A stretch of DNA of 64,000 nucleotides from Promethearchaeota archaeon (GTDB lineage Archaea > Asgardarchaeota > Lokiarchaeia > Sigyniarchaeales > SOKP01), in the NCBI GenBank assembly GCA_016839555.1, contig JAEOUA010000003.1:416001-480000 (forward strand), read 5' to 3'. The position numbers and the translations under genes were made by a program. Each line of letters begins with the position of its first letter. The stretch's first letter is position 1. Under the pieces are notes generated by a model. The model made no database searches, had not been told where the DNA came from, and saw nothing but the letters and a program-made list of their open reading frames with translations. Positions 60,155 to 64,000 of the stretch are shown piece by piece.

Positions 60155-62224
60155 ATTAAACCAAAGAAAATTATAACTCAATTAAAATCTTACATTGAAC
60201 ATTTCGAATATAATAAGGTCAAAAATTCTTATAAAGGACAAGAATTTGGAATAACTTACACTCCAGACAAGATAGTTAATTATATGGTGAGAGATACATT
60301 CTCATTTTATTTCAGCAGCTTACTACAATCGAAAGAATTAGGGGAAATAATTTTTAATATTGATAAAATCGATACATTATTCTTAAAACATCCATATTTA
60401 GAACCATTTCTGAAAAAACATTTAGAAAATATATATATATTAGATCCGTGCTGTGGTTCGGGGAGGTTTTTGGTTGGTATTGCTGAATTTCTATTTGATT
60501 TATATAAAAAATTAAATATTAACTCTAATAATTATGAAATAAAAAAGAGGATCATTGAAAAAAATATTTATGGAATAGAGAGAGAAAAACAAGCATGTAT
60601 AGTCTCAAAATTAAAGTTATATCTCTGGCTTATATCTGGAAAGGAAAATTCTATTTTTTTAAATAAAGAATCATCAAATTTACAAGGATCTTTCAATCCA
60701 GATCTATTTTTAGAAAAAATAAAAGTGAAATTTAATATTATTAACAAAGAATTTCTTTTAGAATATACACCAGAGAAAAATTTTGATATTATCATTGGTA
60801 ATCCCCCCTATATTGAAAATAAGAAAATTAAAGACAGAGAATATAAAGAAAAGCTTTATAGTACATATGAGACTGCGTTTAAGCTATTTGATCTTTCGAT
60901 TTTATTCGTAGAAAAATCTCTTGCTATTTTAAGAAGAAATTATGGTTTTTTGTCTTTCATAATCACTAATAAATTTTTATCTGCTGATTTTGGGTTAAAA
61001 ATAAGAACTATGCTAATTCGTGATTCTAAAATAATGAAAATCCTCAATATTTCTTCTCTACCAATTTTTAAAAATAGATCCTCATATCCTATCATAATAT
61101 TTATAATAAATAAAAAGCCACCTGAATCACATCAAATTGAAATTAGAAAATATGACAGTATAAAGAATATATTGAACCAGATTAATGGTTATAAGGAATA
61201 TATTCCTCAGGATACATTGTTATCACTTCCTAAGCATGTTATTCCAATTAGAAAAGATATAACACTTCTTCAAAAGATTTTTAAATATTATAAGACCATG
61301 AAAGTAGCATTTAAAGATTTAAAAATCATTTATCGTCCATATTCTTTCACTAATTATACAAAATATTATGATTCCATAGTAACAGAAGCTGATAACGAAG
61401 AAAACCTTGGTTTATTAATTGGGACTGGAAATGTAGGGAAATTTCATATAAAATTTAATAAACGGATTAAAATTGCTAAAAGAAACTTAAATATATCCTA
61501 TTTTAATTTTCCATCCGATTCCGAGAAAAAAAGACAGATTAATGCAGAAAAGTTAATTTTTAGAGAAATTGCAAAAGAATTAACATGTGTGTATGACCCA
61601 GGCATCTTTACCAATATAACTGGTCTTTATTTCATACGAATTCCCTCTCTTTCCTCAGAAGAATTATTCAGCCTAATGACTATTTTGAACTCTAATTTTA
61701 TGGATATTATTTTTAAAAATTTATATGAAACACTTCATATGAGCGGAGGATATTTACGATTTAATGGAAGCTTTGTAGAGACATTGCCCATGCCCCAGAA
61801 ATTGCCTAGAACTCTATCTCAATTAGGAAAAATTTTGCAGTTTCTTACTCAATTTTATTATGATTATAATCATAATGAAGCGTTTGATAATATTAAATCG
61901 AAATGTTATTTTAAAGAAATTAAAAATTCTTTAATTTTTTTAAGATCCCTTTCCGAAGGGTTAACAAAATTACTATATTTATCTGGAATTAATAATCAAT
62001 ATCAAAGTGATTTTCATGAATTATATCAATTGTTTAACTCTAAAGATCTATATAATTTTAAAGAGTATAAGTATACTTTTCCTTATTTTAATTTTTCTAA
62101 ATTTAGACTGTTTTCTGAAAATGAAATTATTTCAAATTTAAAAAATATAGACTTGATTATGAATAAGTTTAAAAAAGATAAAGTCTTGCTACAACAAATA
62201 GATGAAATTTTGATAAAGATATAA
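60155..62224 (+). CDS. Orphan N6-adenine DNA methyltransferase (gamma class, Eco57I/TaqI-like); start extended upstream of ATG 60284
   Basis: GITYTP (upstream of the ATG), LDPCCGSG, IIGNPPY, C-terminal TRD-like region. Confidence 0.85.
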   Translation: MKPKKIITQLKSYIEHFEYNKVKNSYKGQEFGITYTPDKIVNYMVRDTFSFYFSSLLQSKELGEIIFNIDKIDTLFLKHPYLEPFLKKHLENIYILDPCCGSGRFLVGIAEFLFDLYKKLNINSNNYEIKKRIIEKNIYGIEREKQACIVSKLKLYLWLISGKENSIFLNKESSNLQGSFNPDLFLEKIKVKFNIINKEFLLEYTPEKNFDIIIGNPPYIENKKIKDREYKEKLYSTYETAFKLFDLSILFVEKSLAILRRNYGFLSFIITNKFLSADFGLKIRTMLIRDSKIMKILNISSLPIFKNRSSYPIIIFIINKKPPESHQIEIRKYDSIKNILNQINGYKEYIPQDTLLSLPKHVIPIRKDITLLQKIFKYYKTMKVAFKDLKIIYRPYSFTNYTKYYDSIVTEADNEENLGLLIGTGNVGKFHIKFNKRIKIAKRNLNISYFNFPSDSEKKRQINAEKLIFREIAKELTCVYDPGIFTNITGLYFIRIPSLSSEELFSLMTILNSNFMDIIFKNLYETLHMSGGYLRFNGSFVETLPMPQKLPRTLSQLGKILQFLTQFYYDYNHNEAFDNIKSKCYFKEIKNSLIFLRSLSEGLTKLLYLSGINNQYQSDFHELYQLFNSKDLYNFKEYKYTFPYFNFSKFRLFSENEIISNLKNIDLIMNKFKKDKVLLQQIDEILIKI

Positions 62225-62375
62225 TTTTTGATAAATATTAGACCTCTAGCATTCCAATTGATTATAATTAACTTTAAGAGAAATTATATTTTTTTGAATT
62301 AATTATATTAATTATATATTCTTTATTATACTATATTATAAAATAAATATATAAATTAGAGCTTTTATATTTAAA

Positions 62376-63335
62376 ATGACCCTCAAAAAAAAGTATAAAA
62401 GAAGTATAATAAAATTAGGAAATTCTAAAGCAATTACATTCCCGCAAGAATGGACTAAGGGGGCAGATTTACAAGAAAAGTCGGAAATAACCCTTTACCC
62501 GCTGGATAATAACACATTAATAATTCGGTCTCTGGAAAAAGGAAAGGAAAAAAGAGTATATCGTATGGATGGAATGAAAATTCCTATAAAATTAATCCGC
62601 CAAGCGATCATATCGGCTTTTAAATTAAATGTAGATGATATTTATTTAAAGTATAATTCCCAGAAAAAGGAAGAATTATACGAGCTGCTTATAGAATTAA
62701 GAAGGGAAATAATTGGTATAGATTTTAAGGATTTACCGGAAACAAATGAATTTTATATTAATTTCCTCTTAGATGCTTCAAAAACGAATTTTTATGAAGT
62801 TATCGAAGACTTAGTGACTGTTTTTAATGCAATTATGAAAAACATTCTTGATGGCAATCATAATAAAACAAGCGATTTGTTAATAGAAGAAATAGATAGA
62901 AAATATTCTTTAGGTACAAGAATTCTTATTACAGGCCTTGCTGAATATCCAATCTCTCAATATGAATTACCCATAATTAGGTTTTTGGGGGATAGGGTTA
63001 TTCTTCTCTATATTCGAGACTTTATTAATGAGACTCTTATTAATTTTGAAAATGTAGAAACAACTATTATTAGCAAATATTCTAATCTTCTAATAAAGAT
63101 ACCAAAGTTATTAGAAAACTTGATTAAAAATTATAATAAAATCAATATTGAAACTTTATCTCAATTTCAAGAATATTTATTCACGCTGGAAGAGGAATTA
63201 AATAAAATAGAGGATGTCTCAGATCAAAAGACTTGCAATGTTAGGAATGTTATAAAATATTATCTTAGAGGTTTCCAAGTATTTTTAGATATAGCTACGA
63301 CCAGAATGATTGAGAATGAAGTTGGATTAGTTTAA
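62376..63335 (+). CDS. AbrB-domain / PhoU-like archaeal phosphate uptake regulator
   Basis: RSIIKLGNSKAITFPQEW followed by helical PhoU-like region. Confidence 0.75.
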   Translation: MTLKKKYKRSIIKLGNSKAITFPQEWTKGADLQEKSEITLYPLDNNTLIIRSLEKGKEKRVYRMDGMKIPIKLIRQAIISAFKLNVDDIYLKYNSQKKEELYELLIELRREIIGIDFKDLPETNEFYINFLLDASKTNFYEVIEDLVTVFNAIMKNILDGNHNKTSDLLIEEIDRKYSLGTRILITGLAEYPISQYELPIIRFLGDRVILLYIRDFINETLINFENVETTIISKYSNLLIKIPKLLENLIKNYNKINIETLSQFQEYLFTLEEELNKIEDVSDQKTCNVRNVIKYYLRGFQVFLDIATTRMIENEVGLV

Positions 63336-63450
63336 TAGTTCCTGCTTTAATCTATTAATCAAGATTTTCTTGTAAGTTAAAAATTCATAATATGTATTCC
63401 AAGTATTTGTTAATTGATATTTTTTTAAATTATTACATATATAATTATTT

Positions 63451-64000
63451 ATGGAAAGGGAAGAGCCTTTATTATTCAAATTTTATCCAAAATTACAGAA
63501 TAAAGTACCTTGGATCCGCCTCCTAACCACAGTACCTACTCCTGTTCAAAAACTTGATGAATTAGAACGGAAATTTAATATTTCTTCTTCCGGAGGAATA
63601 TATATTAAGCGAGATGATTTAGATCATCAAATTTATGGAGGAAATAAGCTTAGAAAGTTTGAATTCATCTTTGGAAAAATATTGGCTAAAAAACGGAAAG
63701 GAGTAATGACATTTGGGGGCATTGGTACGAATCATGGATTAGCTTGTGCTATAGTAACACAAGAATTAGGATTAAAATGTGATTTATTTCTTGCTTATCA
63801 ACCTTTAACTTGGCATGTGCAGAGATCTTTACTTTTATATGATTATTTTAATGCAAATCTTCATTATGCTAAATCATATACAGCAATATTGCTAAAAGGA
63901 TTAGGTTTTCGGTTAATTCATCCTAATTATTATGTGATGCTTCCCGGAGGCTCTACATTGCTTGGGCTTGGATCATCAAATGGTACATTAGGATTTATTA
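63451..64000 (+). CDS. D-cysteine desulfhydrase / ACC deaminase family PLP enzyme (partial)
   Basis: My translation: PTPVQKL...IYIKRDDL...GGNKLRKFEF...TFGGIGTNHG. Confidence 0.9.
   Translation, partial: MEREEPLLFKFYPKLQNKVPWIRLLTTVPTPVQKLDELERKFNISSSGGIYIKRDDLDHQIYGGNKLRKFEFIFGKILAKKRKGVMTFGGIGTNHGLACAIVTQELGLKCDLFLAYQPLTWHVQRSLLLYDYFNANLHYAKSYTAILLKGLGFRLIHPNYYVMLPGGSTLLGLGSSNGTLGFI

Noticed and set aside
301-60795. Short antisense or overlapping ORFs in the track (e.g. 301-483, 1436-1660, 6033-6298, 19868-20152, 22616-22945, 44413-44778, 48378-48722, 60568-60795)
   Set aside because: They lie within or opposite well-supported genes and have no motifs; shadow ORFs
60155-62224. Complete restriction-modification system
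   Set aside because: No endonuclease domain or neighbouring REase/specificity gene; treated as an orphan MTase
1-64000. CRISPR array, IS element, integrase or provirus
   Set aside because: No regularly spaced repeat-spacer array and no transposase, integrase or viral hallmark ORF seen

Overview
Very AT-rich archaeal chromosomal segment, most likely from an Asgard archaeon (Lokiarchaeia-like). The assignment rests on a bona fide actin (Lokiactin, 19578-20723), archaeal information genes (Rpo6, aEF-1beta with DUF1610, Hef, PAN, Rio2, Sm, tRNA-Val) and eukaryote-like proteins (LRR, PPP and dual-specificity phosphatases, EMC3/TMCO1 family, a gelsolin-like domain). The rest is anaerobic metabolism (porCDAB, iorAB, a GlpA-type trio, sulfatase, NagA, LarA-like), MutL/MutS and an orphan N6-methyltransferase. 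I saw no CRISPR array, transposase or integrase. Best candidates for novelty: (1) a gelsolin-like domain fused to four transmembrane helices, a possible actin-membrane linker; (2) a GC-rich two-hairpin RNA with an alternative pairing, upstream of an unannotated 50-aa ORF; (3) a Cys-rich helical protein ending in an HbYX proteasome-docking motif; (4) a radical-SAM gene pair carrying a remnant of a second mutL 3' end that differs mostly at third codon positions; (5) an ArsR, small Cys-peptide and ABC exporter module with a palindromic operator; (6) a cluster of PH-like paralogs and membrane Zn-ribbon proteins. All family calls come from reading motifs by eye; no database searches were run.
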